Assembly: GCA_039680175.1 (NCBI GenBank)
Contig: JBDKTO010000026.1
Location: forward strand, 2,721-66,720
Source: Veillonellales bacterium
GTDB taxonomy: Bacteria > Bacillota > Negativicutes > JAAYSF01
Direction: 5' to 3'
DNA: 64,000 bases
The notes under the pieces are model-generated. The model had not been told where the DNA came from, searched no databases, and worked only from the letters and a program-made list of their open reading frames with translations. Of this stretch, positions 48,058 through 57,879 are shown one piece after another. The position numbers were made by a program, and so were the translations under genes. Within the stretch, counting starts at the first letter, position 1. Every line of letters starts with the position of its first letter.

Positions 48058-49851
48058 GTGGATGAATTGATTAGAGAATATCTAAAGAACAATCTGTTGA
48101 TTGCGGATGGCGCAATGGGGACCTATTACGATCAGATTACCGGAATTTATGACAGCTTGCCCGAATTTGCCAATCTGCGGGAACCGGAAATTATTGAACA
48201 AATTCACGCTGAATATATTGACGCCGGGGCAAAATTAATCAGGACCAATACGTTTTCGGCAAATTGTTTTTCCATGAACATAACAAGAACGACGCTGCGG
48301 CAGGTATTGACTGCCGGGGTGCAAATAGCCGATAAAGCAGCTGAGGGCAAAGACGTATTTGTTGCCGCAAGTATCGGTCCTATTCCGGAAATGGTGGATA
48401 AAACTGCGCTTGACCGAGAGCGGGTGCTGGCGGAGTATCAATTTATTGCCGATGTTTTATTGGCTGCAGGGGCGAAAGTTTTTATTTTCGAAACTTTCAG
48501 CGGCACTGAGTATTTAAAGGAAATCACCCAATATATTAAGGAGAAAAACAACTCGGCATTTGTATTGGCCCAGTTTGCCACCACGCCGGAGGGCTTTACC
48601 AGGAATGGAATCCGCAACGAACGCATTGTGGCGGAGATGAAAAAGCTGGACAGTCTGGATGCGTATGGATTTAACTGCGGCGTAGGTCCCACTCACTTGC
48701 ATAATTTATTGCAGAAGATCGATATCACCGGTGATATCGTATCAGTTATGCCCAATGCCGGCTATCCGGAAATTGTCAAGGAACGGATATTGTACATTCA
48801 AAACCCGGACTATTTTGCCAATAAGATGAATGACATTCGCCAGCTGGGGGTTAAAATTATCGGCGGGTGCTGCGGGACGACTCCGGCCCATATCAAAAAA
48901 ATGGTGGAAGTGATCCGGCGGAATCCGGCGGAATATTTGCCAAGCCGGACCGTTGAAGTGAAACCGGCTGCTTTGCGTGAGAAAAGCAGGAATGAATTTT
49001 CTGACAAACTTACCAGAGAGCAGTTCGTCGTTGCGGTAGAATTGGACCCACCCTTTAACGCTAATTCGGAAAAAATTTTGCATAATGCCCGGATATGTAA
49101 GGACAATGGCGTAGATATCATAACGATAGCCGATTCTCCCATGGGCCGGGCCAGAGTGGATTCGGTTGCCATTGCCGCAAAAATTAAGCGGGAAGTGGGA
49201 ATCGATGTACTGCCCCATCTCTGCTGCCGGGACAAAAATTTGAATGCTCTGAAGTCAGGCCTTTTGGCGGCCTATATGGAGGGGATCCGCAATATCCTGG
49301 CAGTAACAGGCGACCCGATTTTAAATTCCGATAAAAAAGATATCAAAAGCGTATTCAACCTGAATTCTTTAAAACTGATTGAAATGATAAGGACAATGAA
49401 TCAGGATGTTTTTTCCGCCGATCCTTTCCAGGTGGGAGGAGCACTGAATGTAAACGCGGCAAAGCCTGAAGTCGAGCTGGAAAGAATGAGCCGGAAACGG
49501 GAAAATGGCGCCGCCTTTTTTCTGACGCAGCCTGTTTTCAACGAAAGCGCCATCGAGTTTATTGCCAAAGCCAGAAGTAAGGGGAATGTGAAGCTATTAG
49601 GCGGCATTATGCCACTTGTCAGCTATAGAAATGCCCAGTTTCTCAACAATGAAATGCCGGGAATCCAGGTGCCGGAAGTTCTGATCAATCAGTTTGACGC
49701 AAGCATGGCTAAACAGGAAGCGGAAGATCTGGGTATTGCATTAGCGGTGAAAATTGCGGAAGAAATCAAGCCGCATGTAAATGGATTTTATTTTATTACT
49801 CCTTTTAACCGGGTGGAAATGATTATGAAAATCTGGCAGCGGCTAAAATGA
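48058..49851 (+). CDS. Bifunctional homocysteine S-methyltransferase / 5,10-methylenetetrahydrofolate reductase (YitJ-like)
   Basis: The N-terminus has LIADGAMGT and GGCCGTTP (Zn site). The C-terminal half has MTHFR-type motifs. GTG start. Confidence 0.85.
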   Translation: MDELIREYLKNNLLIADGAMGTYYDQITGIYDSLPEFANLREPEIIEQIHAEYIDAGAKLIRTNTFSANCFSMNITRTTLRQVLTAGVQIADKAAEGKDVFVAASIGPIPEMVDKTALDRERVLAEYQFIADVLLAAGAKVFIFETFSGTEYLKEITQYIKEKNNSAFVLAQFATTPEGFTRNGIRNERIVAEMKKLDSLDAYGFNCGVGPTHLHNLLQKIDITGDIVSVMPNAGYPEIVKERILYIQNPDYFANKMNDIRQLGVKIIGGCCGTTPAHIKKMVEVIRRNPAEYLPSRTVEVKPAALREKSRNEFSDKLTREQFVVAVELDPPFNANSEKILHNARICKDNGVDIITIADSPMGRARVDSVAIAAKIKREVGIDVLPHLCCRDKNLNALKSGLLAAYMEGIRNILAVTGDPILNSDKKDIKSVFNLNSLKLIEMIRTMNQDVFSADPFQVGGALNVNAAKPEVELERMSRKRENGAAFFLTQPVFNESAIEFIAKARSKGNVKLLGGIMPLVSYRNAQFLNNEMPGIQVPEVLINQFDASMAKQEAEDLGIALAVKIAEEIKPHVNGFYFITPFNRVEMIMKIWQRLK

Positions 49852-49964
49852 AAGATTTAGTCTAACGATCGTAAAATTCAGTATATTGGCCGGATATAGT
49901 GGTATAATTAAAGTATACTTTTTTGGACAAAACTTGAGCCGGATCTTCGGGGGCGGAGGCTGAT

Positions 49965-50594
49965 ATGGAAGAAAGATTGAATGCGGTAACTCACGGCATC
50001 GGAACATTGCTGGCCGTGGTCGGGCTAACTTTTCTAATCGTATTGTCTTATTTGTACGGCAGTATTTGGCATCAGGTCAGCTTTGGCATTTATGGCGGCT
50101 CCCTGGTACTGCTGTATCTGGCATCGACTCTTTATCACAGCTTCACCAATCAAAAGCTGAAGTATATTTTTAAGATTATTGACCATTCGGCGATTTACTT
50201 ATTAATCGCCGGCACTTACACACCGTTTACCCTGGTGCTGCTCCACGGGACTTTAGGCTGGACTGTTTTTGGCATTGTTTGGGGGCTGGCTGTTGTCGGC
50301 GTGACGTTTCAAATTTTTTTCGTCAAACGGTTTAAGGTTTTGTCGACGATTTGTTATATTGTCATGGGCTGGCTGATGGTTATTTTCATAAAACCCCTCG
50401 TTTTGGCTCTACCGACGATGGGACTTTGCTGGTTAATCGCCGGCGGTCTTTTCTATACGGTCGGAGCGTTGTTTTATCTTTATCGCTGGGTTCCTTACAA
50501 TCACGCGGTCTGGCATTTGTTTGTGCTTGCCGGCAGCATTTCTCATTTTATCACGGTGTTATTTTATGTGCTTCCCATTCCGGTGGCTGCATAA
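49965..50594 (+). CDS. Hemolysin III / PAQR-family membrane protein
   Basis: Seven TM segments. NAVTHGIG, STLYHS, DHSAIYLLIAGTYTPF and HAVWHLFVL motifs. Confidence 0.88.
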   Translation: MEERLNAVTHGIGTLLAVVGLTFLIVLSYLYGSIWHQVSFGIYGGSLVLLYLASTLYHSFTNQKLKYIFKIIDHSAIYLLIAGTYTPFTLVLLHGTLGWTVFGIVWGLAVVGVTFQIFFVKRFKVLSTICYIVMGWLMVIFIKPLVLALPTMGLCWLIAGGLFYTVGALFYLYRWVPYNHAVWHLFVLAGSISHFITVLFYVLPIPVAA

Positions 50595-50664
50595 ATAAGA
50601 ATAAAGGAACGGCTTGATAGGAATGCTATATAATTGACATTTAATACAAGGGGGAACAGCAGCA

Positions 50665-50967
50665 ATGTTAAAAGCAGCATTTATTTTTTTAGCGCCTCAG
50701 GCGGACACCGCTCGTCACCGGGCGGTGGTTGAAACTCCGGCAGTTGAATTGACTGTGGTAGGAGCAGAAGATTATAAGGCAGCGGTGAAAACGGCACAGG
50801 AGCTAACGGCACAGGGGGTTGGCGCCATCGAACTATGCGGCGGTTTTGGCATAGAAGGGGTGGCGGCCATCAAGACCGCAGTAGCCGGAAAGGCTGTTAT
50901 TGGCGCCGTGCGGTTTGATTTGCATCCCGGACTGGACAATAAAAGCGGCGATGCAATTTTTAGATAA
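50665..50967 (+). CDS. Small conserved hypothetical protein (possibly DUF6506-like)
   Basis: A 100-aa ORF with a GGGGGAAC RBS and a terminator downstream. The family name comes from weak memory only. Confidence 0.5.
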   Translation: MLKAAFIFLAPQADTARHRAVVETPAVELTVVGAEDYKAAVKTAQELTAQGVGAIELCGGFGIEGVAAIKTAVAGKAVIGAVRFDLHPGLDNKSGDAIFR

Positions 50968-50977
50968 ATGAATAAGA

Positions 50978-51020
50978 AATCAGGCCTGTCGGCTCATCCG
51001 GCAGGTCTGATTTTTTATTT
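50978..51020 (+). terminator. Intrinsic terminator
   Basis: A 15-bp stem (two G-U pairs), loop CTCAT, then TTTTTTATTT. Confidence 0.75.
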
Positions 51021-51107
51021 GGATGAAACTTATGTTTAAAGCACCATACAGAGAGGACATACTTTAAGTTGAGTTCTGATTTTATTCACTCAAGGAGACT
51101 GTGTATT

Positions 51108-51779
51108 GTGAGGATACTGGTTGTGGAAGACGACGCTCTGCTGCGGGAAGCAATCGTAACAGTGTTCAGGGAAGAAGGATATTGGGTCGACGAGGCGGAT
51201 AATGGCGATGACGGACTGTTTAAAGCCGGTCAGAATATTTTCGATCTTCTTGTTCTGGATATTATGCTGCCGGAAATCAGCGGCCTTGCTATTGTAAAAA
51301 AGCTGCGCCGCCAGGGGCTGACTGTGCCAATTTTATTTCTGACGGCCAGGGACAGTATTGAGGATCGGGTAGCGGGACTGGAAAGCGGCGCTGACGACTA
51401 TTTGATCAAGCCTTTCGCCGTGCCTGAGCTTCTGGCCCGGGTAAAGGCCTTGCTGCGGCGTACTGCTTCCGGCAAGGAAGGAATGCTGCAGTATGGGGAA
51501 ATAGCGTTAAATCCCAAGCTAAAGGATGGATTTGTCAACCAGAATGCTTTGCAGTTAACGGCTAAGGAATACGAATTATTAGAGTTTTTTATTGTAAATA
51601 AAGAACAAATATTAGCCCGGGAACAGATTTTTGACCGGATTTGGGGCTTTGAATCAGAGACTACCCTTGGTATTGTTGATTTATATGTTCACTATCTGCG
51701 GAAGAAGTTAGCTCCTTTTGGCTATGAAGCAGTAATTCAAACGGTTCGCGGGGTGGGATTCAAATTAAAAGCGAAGTAG
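51108..51779 (+). CDS. OmpR/PhoB-family response regulator
   Basis: ILVVEDD, LVLDIMLPEISG and KPF. The winged helix has LTAKEYELLEFF and VRGVGFKL. GTG start 10 nt after AGGAG. Confidence 0.9.
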   Translation: MRILVVEDDALLREAIVTVFREEGYWVDEADNGDDGLFKAGQNIFDLLVLDIMLPEISGLAIVKKLRRQGLTVPILFLTARDSIEDRVAGLESGADDYLIKPFAVPELLARVKALLRRTASGKEGMLQYGEIALNPKLKDGFVNQNALQLTAKEYELLEFFIVNKEQILAREQIFDRIWGFESETTLGIVDLYVHYLRKKLAPFGYEAVIQTVRGVGFKLKAK

Positions 51780-51781
51780 GC

Positions 51782-53047
51782 ATGTTTAAAAAGACGCTAT
51801 GGCAGCTTACCGCCTTAAATTCGACGGTTTTTCTCTTGATATTTATTGTTTTGGGAGCAACGCTCTATGCGTATGTGAATCATCAATTGTTTGATGATGT
51901 TGACGATTCGATGCAAAATAAGGTAGAAGCTTTTCAGATCGTTAATGGCCGGCCGCGCATGGTGATTACCCAGGCAGTTTCGTTTGACCCCCGGACCTTT
52001 CTGCTGCTGCGGGACAGTAATGACAACATTATTAATCTGAACCCGTTAGCCTTTGATGATGTTGAGCAGGTGCCGGGCTTGCTGGATGGTCTGAGAAGCG
52101 GTGCTCCTCAATCAAGAAAGTTGGCCAACCATGTGTATCGCATTGTAATCCGGCCTTATGTTTATGCCGAGAACACATTGATCAGGCCTGACGCTGCGCC
52201 GGCTGCTATCAGCGAGATCATTGCCGTGAGTATTGTGGACTCGGAAGTCGCCATGCTGCGCCGACTGTTTTTTGTTTTGATGGCGAGTTTATTTGCCGGT
52301 ACCCTGGCTATCACCTTTGCCAGCTATTACTTGGCGAATCGGGCGCTGATTCCGATTAAGGCAGCCTGGGATAAGCAGCAGCAATTTACGGCCGATGCTT
52401 CGCATGAGCTGCGGACGCCGCTTGCGGTGATTAAGAGCAATGCCGAACTGCTGCTCAGACATCCCGAACATAGTGTGGAACAGGAAAGCATCCGGATTAC
52501 CAATATACTTAGAGAAACAATCCGGATGAATAAACTTGTCACTACTTTGCTGACTCTTACCCGGGCCGATGCGAATCAAATTGACCTTCGGTTTGCCGCT
52601 TTAAATTTAAGCGATCTGATTCATTCCCTAGTCGGGCAGTTCCGTCCCTTGGCGGAGATAAAAAAAATAGAATTACTGTCAACGGTGCAGCCTTCCTTGA
52701 AGATCTTGGCCGACGAGGAACGTATTTATCAAATGTTGGTGATTGTGCTGGATAATGCGCTGAAATATACGAACCGGCAGGGGAAGGTGCAGCTCCTTTG
52801 TTATGGGCAGGCAAATAGTGTGGTTATTCAAATTGAGGATACGGGCTGCGGCATCGCGGCGGCGGATATGCCCCATATTTTTGATCGGTTTTTCCGGGGA
52901 GATAAAGCGCGTTCCCGGGAAACAGGGGGGAGTGGACTGGGACTGGCGATTGCCCAGTGGATTGTTGAAAAGCATAACGGAAAAATTCAAGTGGAAAGCC
53001 GGATTGGCATGGGTACGAAGTTCTCCATTATTCTTCCGATAAAATGA
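51782..53047 (+). CDS. Sensor histidine kinase (two TM segments, HisKA, HATPase_c)
   Basis: H-box ASHELRTPLAVI. DTGCGI and GGSGLGLAIAQWIV. Confidence 0.9.
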   Translation: MFKKTLWQLTALNSTVFLLIFIVLGATLYAYVNHQLFDDVDDSMQNKVEAFQIVNGRPRMVITQAVSFDPRTFLLLRDSNDNIINLNPLAFDDVEQVPGLLDGLRSGAPQSRKLANHVYRIVIRPYVYAENTLIRPDAAPAAISEIIAVSIVDSEVAMLRRLFFVLMASLFAGTLAITFASYYLANRALIPIKAAWDKQQQFTADASHELRTPLAVIKSNAELLLRHPEHSVEQESIRITNILRETIRMNKLVTTLLTLTRADANQIDLRFAALNLSDLIHSLVGQFRPLAEIKKIELLSTVQPSLKILADEERIYQMLVIVLDNALKYTNRQGKVQLLCYGQANSVVIQIEDTGCGIAAADMPHIFDRFFRGDKARSRETGGSGLGLAIAQWIVEKHNGKIQVESRIGMGTKFSIILPIK

Positions 53048-53430
53048 TTGAAGCATAGAAGCGCGGGGACGTTCATTCCGCTCCTTAAACTGTTAACTTG
53101 TTTGGCAGCAAATTTTTTTTGCAGGCCGGCATTGCCATGAGCTGCATATCAGCCGGGAACCGGCACCGCCCCTAGCCGAGCAGCAGCCAACGCTCCGCCG
53201 CCATCGCTTAATCTTCGTTTATGACTAACGATCAACTGCTAAGGCCTCGCGCCATTCGCCATCTCCGCCCGGTGCTAAGTGCCAAATTCCAGGTGCTATG
53301 CGCCCGCAGGTAACATTTACAATTCATGGTCTAAAGAAAATCAAAAAATGCAGCGCTAAAATCAGGCTAAGCCCCTAAAAAGGTTAGTTCCCATATTTTA
53401 TTTGGGGTACGAAAATAAGGAGGTACATTT

Positions 53431-54714
53431 ATGGCAGGCAAACGTAAAAAAATGCCGGCATTCGTTTTAGCAGCGATGGGGGTATTCCTGGTCAATTCTT
53501 CCCTGGTTTTTGCCGATGCGCCGCTAGTATCCTTGGATGACAGTGTTGCTATGGCGCTTAAAAATAATTCGGCAATTAAAATAGCGCTGACGGATCGGGA
53601 TAAGGCTCTGTTGGGAATTGATGAAGCGAAAGCAGGCGGAGGACCGACTCTGTCTCTCAGCAGCAGCGGCAACCGGAGTATGAACATGGCGGAAGGAACA
53701 CCGGGTAACAGCTTTAGCAATTCTTTGCGTCTCAGTATGCCGTTGTATACCGGCGGACGTCTTGCAGGGCAGGTAGATCAGGCAAAGCTAAATGCTCACG
53801 CAGCTGATCTTGGCGTTATAAAAGCGCAGCAGCAAACCACGTTGGCAGCGACCACTGCTTATTTTACTGTGCTGCAAAGCCATAACATGGTTAAGGTAAA
53901 CCAAGAGGCTGTGGACAGTTTGACCGCCCATTTGAATAACGTCCAAGCGCAGTACAGCGTTGGTACAGTTGCCAAGAGTGATGTCCTCGGCACGCAGGTC
54001 CAGTTGGCCAACGCCCAGCAGAACTTGACTAAGGCGCAGAATGCTTACGATGTGGCAGTATCCAGCTTGAATAACATTACCGGGATGCCGTTGGATACAC
54101 AAAATACCTACCAGGATGATTTGAGTTATACGCCTTATGCGATGTCTCTGGATGACAGCATTACTGCCGCATTGAAAAACCGGCCGGAAATTGGTCAAAG
54201 TAAAGACAGCGTTGATGCTGCCAAAGTCGGTGTAAAAGTTGCTGACAGCGGCCATTTACCGACAGTGAGCGTATCTGGAGCAGAAGGATGGTCGGACAAT
54301 AATTTTCCGGGAACTGCTAATAACAACTGGTCGGTAGGCATTAGCGCCAGCTGGAATTTATTTGATTCCGGCTTAACCAATGCCAAGGTGAAGGAAGCGA
54401 AAGCGGCAGCTGATAAGGCGGCTGAGCAGGATAAATCAACTCATGACAGCATTGAACTGGAAGTGCGACAGGATTACCTCAGTATGAAAGAAGCGGAGCA
54501 ACGTATTCAGACATCCTCTGTAGCTGTTGATCAGGCAGCCGATGCGCTGAAGATCGCCGAGGCGAAATACCAGGCCGGTGCCGGAACAAATTTGGATGTT
54601 ATGGATGCTGAACTGGACTTAACTCAGGCGAAAACCAATCATACGCAAGCTTTGTATGATTATAACACCAATAAGGCAAAGTTGGAAACCGCTATTGGTG
54701 GTGTTAGCGAGTGA
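53431..54714 (+). CDS. TolC-family outer-membrane efflux channel
   Basis: A signal peptide. Two OEP repeats with the characteristic coiled-coil pattern (Y.VGT..K.DVL..Q..LA.A...L and the same again). Confidence 0.85.
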   Translation: MAGKRKKMPAFVLAAMGVFLVNSSLVFADAPLVSLDDSVAMALKNNSAIKIALTDRDKALLGIDEAKAGGGPTLSLSSSGNRSMNMAEGTPGNSFSNSLRLSMPLYTGGRLAGQVDQAKLNAHAADLGVIKAQQQTTLAATTAYFTVLQSHNMVKVNQEAVDSLTAHLNNVQAQYSVGTVAKSDVLGTQVQLANAQQNLTKAQNAYDVAVSSLNNITGMPLDTQNTYQDDLSYTPYAMSLDDSITAALKNRPEIGQSKDSVDAAKVGVKVADSGHLPTVSVSGAEGWSDNNFPGTANNNWSVGISASWNLFDSGLTNAKVKEAKAAADKAAEQDKSTHDSIELEVRQDYLSMKEAEQRIQTSSVAVDQAADALKIAEAKYQAGAGTNLDVMDAELDLTQAKTNHTQALYDYNTNKAKLETAIGGVSE

Positions 54715-54728
54715 AGGGAGGTAAGCTG

Positions 54729-55835
54729 ATGACAGCAGTGTGGCAAAAGATCCGACGGTATAAGTTATGGCTGATTGCACTGCTTATTGTGGCCGGAGCA
54801 GTGCAGATGACCGGCGTGCTGAGTACCGGTAAAGCCCAGCAGCCGGCAAAGGTGACGACGATTACGGCTGAACGGGGAGAAGTCACATCGGTGGTTTCCG
54901 CTACCGGTACGATTAGCCCGGTCAATATGGTAGATATCAGTTCCAAAATTTCCGGCTTGATCGAAGAAGTGAAAGTGGCTGAAAATGACCATGTGAAAGC
55001 CGGACAGGTGCTGTTTGTGCTGGATGACAGTCATCTCCAGACTCAGGTATCGCAGGCTCGGGCCCGTTTGGCAAGTGCAGCGGCAAGTTATGAGCGCAGC
55101 CAACGGCTCCATGATATTGACGGAATTTCCGACCAGCAGCTTGATTCTGCTCGCACGGACTACAGTGTGGCTCAGGCAGCTTATGATGATGCCGTTTCTC
55201 AATTGGCCGATACGGTCATTAAAGCGCCGATTGACGGTGTCGTCATCGGTAAGCCTACTCCGGCCGGTCAGGCGGTTTCACCGGGATTTTCTTCGCAAAT
55301 GGTCCTGATGACTATTGCCGATATGGATAAAATGCAAATCCAGACTCAGGTGGACGAGTCGGATATTGGCAAGGTAAAAAACGGTCAGCATGTTACGTTT
55401 ACTGTTGATGCGTATCCGGGAGAAACCTTTACCGGGGTTGTCTCCAATGTATCGCAAAAAGCCACGGTTCAGTCAAATGTTGTGTATTATAACGTTATGG
55501 TGGATGTTGACAACAAGGCGAATCTGCTGAAACCGACCATGACGGCGCGGGTATCCATCAATGTAGGTCAAAGCAGCAATACGCTGGTTGTTCCGCTGAC
55601 GGCAGTCAAGATGATCAACGGACAGTACGTAGTCGGAGTGGAAAAAGACGGGAAAGTGGAAAATGCGGTTGTGACTACAGGTTTGTCCAATGATGAGAAA
55701 ATCGAGATTTTAAGCGGACTGACTGACGGTGATCACGTAGTTGTGTCGCAGGTTAAAACCCAGGATAACGCTGCCAAAAGCGGCAATGGCGGTACCAGTG
55801 GCGGAATGAATCTATTTCGCGGTATGGGCAGGTAG
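54729..55835 (+). CDS. Efflux periplasmic adaptor (HlyD/MacA family)
   Basis: An N-terminal TM anchor. A lipoyl/barrel-sandwich region (ISSKISGLIEEVKVAENDHVKAGQVLFVLD and VIKAPIDGVV). Confidence 0.85.
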   Translation: MTAVWQKIRRYKLWLIALLIVAGAVQMTGVLSTGKAQQPAKVTTITAERGEVTSVVSATGTISPVNMVDISSKISGLIEEVKVAENDHVKAGQVLFVLDDSHLQTQVSQARARLASAAASYERSQRLHDIDGISDQQLDSARTDYSVAQAAYDDAVSQLADTVIKAPIDGVVIGKPTPAGQAVSPGFSSQMVLMTIADMDKMQIQTQVDESDIGKVKNGQHVTFTVDAYPGETFTGVVSNVSQKATVQSNVVYYNVMVDVDNKANLLKPTMTARVSINVGQSSNTLVVPLTAVKMINGQYVVGVEKDGKVENAVVTTGLSNDEKIEILSGLTDGDHVVVSQVKTQDNAAKSGNGGTSGGMNLFRGMGR

Positions 55836-55850
55836 ACGGGGGGAATTTAC

Positions 55851-56534
55851 ATGACAATTCAATTAGCAGGGGTTAAAAAAATTTACCGGATGGGGGACAA
55901 TGTGGTCAATGCTCTGGCCGGGATTGATTTAACAGTGACCGCCGGTGAGTTTACCGCCATTATGGGACCGTCGGGATCAGGCAAATCAACATTGATGAAT
56001 ATCCTGGGCTGCCTTGACCGGCCGACTGTTGGCTCCTATCAGCTGGACGGACAGGAAGTGGCTGCTTTGAACGATGATCAATTGGCGACGACCCGCAATA
56101 AAAAGATTGGTTTTGTATTTCAGAGTTTTAATCTTTTACCTCGTATGTCGGCAGTAGAAAATGTAGCATTGCCTTTGGTCTATGGCGGAGTAGAAAAAAA
56201 AGAGCGGCTGGAGCGGGCAGTACGGGCGCTGACAATGGTTGCGCTGGAACAGCGGCTGGATCACCAGCCCAACGAAATGTCGGGGGGACAGCGGCAGCGG
56301 GTAGCGATTGCCCGGGCTTTGGTCAACGATCCCACCATCATTATGGCCGATGAACCGACAGGAAACCTGGATACAAAGTCCGGTAACGAGGTCATAGAAA
56401 TTTTTAAAGAACTGCACAACCAGGGAAGAACCATTATTTTGGTAACGCATGAGCCGGATATTGCCGAAAACGCTAAACGGGTTATTACTGTCAGGGATGG
56501 CAGTATTGTATCCGACGAGAAGAAGGCAGGGTGA
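55851..56534 (+). CDS. MacB/LolD-type ABC transporter ATP-binding protein
   Basis: [27 protein letters not shown] and IIMADEPTGNLD. Confidence 0.9.
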   Translation: MTIQLAGVKKIYRMGDNVVNALAGIDLTVTAGEFTAIMGPSGSGKSTLMNILGCLDRPTVGSYQLDGQEVAALNDDQLATTRNKKIGFVFQSFNLLPRMSAVENVALPLVYGGVEKKERLERAVRALTMVALEQRLDHQPNEMSGGQRQRVAIARALVNDPTIIMADEPTGNLDTKSGNEVIEIFKELHNQGRTIILVTHEPDIAENAKRVITVRDGSIVSDEKKAG

Positions 56535-56538
56535 AAAT

Positions 56539-57756
56539 ATGTTTTTTGAGAGTGTCCATATCGCCTTTGAAGGTCTTAAAGCCAATAAGCTAAGAGCTAT
56601 TTTGACCATGCTGGGAATTATTATCGGGGTGGCGGCGGTTATTGCCATGGTTTCTATCGGGATGGGTGTGCGGTCGAAAGTAGAGGGATCGATTGCCGGA
56701 TTAGGCAGCAACCTGATTATTGTAACTCCCGGAGCTCCCAATGCAGCAGGCGGCCCACGGCAGGCCGCCGGATCGGGTATTACCTTATCGGATAAAGACG
56801 CTCAGGCGATTGCCCGGGAGGTATCAGGGGTGAATATGGTAGCGCCTGCCGTGAGCAGACAGTATCAAGTAGTGTTCGGCAATCAAAACTGGACAACCAG
56901 TGTCCAGGGAACTACGCCGGAAATTGTCGGTATTCGCAGTTTTACCTTAGATCAGGGAACCTTTTTCACCAACCAGGATGTAGAATCCCGGTCAAGAGTA
57001 GCCGTACTGGGCAAAACAGTAGCCGACAACTTATTCGGCGGAATTTCTCCGGTGGGACAGACCATTCGTGTCAATAAAGCGCCTTTCCGGGTGGTGGGTG
57101 TTCTGGCAGGCAAAGGACAGTCCGCCGGCGGTATGGATCAGGATGATACGGTTATCGTTCCCTTGACGACGGCTCAGGAACGGCTTATGGGCATAACGTA
57201 TGTGCAGAACATTAATGTCCAGGCTGCCGGGGCTGATGTGATTAATCAGGTGCAAAACGATATTACTGCGTTGCTGCGGGCACGGCATCATCTGATCGGA
57301 AATACAGCCGATGACTTTACAGTGCGAAACCTGGTAGCAGTTATGGAGACGGCCGGCGAGGCAACCAATACCATAACTTTGCTATTGGCGAATGTCGCCG
57401 CCATTTCTCTGCTGGTCGGCGGGATCGGCATCATGAATATCATGCTGGTGTCGGTGACGGAACGAACCCGGGAGATTGGTATCCGGAAAGCCCTGGGAGC
57501 CCGGTTTTCCAATATTCTGCTGCAATTTCTGATTGAAGCGGTAGTGATTGGAGTAACCGGGGGCATGATTGGAATTGCCTTAGGAATAGGAGCTTCTTTC
57601 GTGATTTCCACTATTGCCGGCTGGCAGACGGTGGTTTCATACTCCGCCGTGCTTGTGGCTTTTGCCTTCTCGGTGGTGATCGGTCTGTTTTTTGGTATCT
57701 ATCCCGCCCGGAAAGCGGCATTGTTAGATCCGATTGAAGCGCTGCGGTATGAATGA
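56539..57756 (+). CDS. MacB-type ABC transporter permease (MacB_PCD plus FtsX domains)
   Basis: A..L..NKLRAILTMLGIIIGVAAVI at the start and ERTREIGIRKALGA in the FtsX region. Confidence 0.9.
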   Translation: MFFESVHIAFEGLKANKLRAILTMLGIIIGVAAVIAMVSIGMGVRSKVEGSIAGLGSNLIIVTPGAPNAAGGPRQAAGSGITLSDKDAQAIAREVSGVNMVAPAVSRQYQVVFGNQNWTTSVQGTTPEIVGIRSFTLDQGTFFTNQDVESRSRVAVLGKTVADNLFGGISPVGQTIRVNKAPFRVVGVLAGKGQSAGGMDQDDTVIVPLTTAQERLMGITYVQNINVQAAGADVINQVQNDITALLRARHHLIGNTADDFTVRNLVAVMETAGEATNTITLLLANVAAISLLVGGIGIMNIMLVSVTERTREIGIRKALGARFSNILLQFLIEAVVIGVTGGMIGIALGIGASFVISTIAGWQTVVSYSAVLVAFAFSVVIGLFFGIYPARKAALLDPIEALRYE

Positions 57757-57757
57757 G

Positions 57758-57814
57758 AAAATAACAGTAAGGGGTTGAAGGCAGTTGCCTTCAGCCCCTT
57801 ACTGTTATTTTCTT
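57758..57814 (+). terminator. Intrinsic terminator after the efflux operon
   Basis: A long stem (AAAATAACAGTAAGGGG..TGAAGGC / GCCTTCA..CCCCTTACTGTTATTTT) followed by a T-rich tail. Confidence 0.8.
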
Positions 57815-57879
57815 CGACTTTCGGTAATGGTTTGGCAGTTTTATTGAAACTGGATATAATAAAGCATGAGGTGATTACA

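Noticed and set aside
53101-53125. TTGGCAGCAAATTTTTTTTGCAGG as a second sigma-54 promoter.
   Set aside because: The GG to GC spacing is about 17 nt instead of 12, so it does not fit a -24/-12 element.
56136-56741. A 201-aa minus-strand ORF spanning the MacB ATPase/permease junction.
   Set aside because: It lies antisense to two strongly supported genes and has no RBS or family resemblance.
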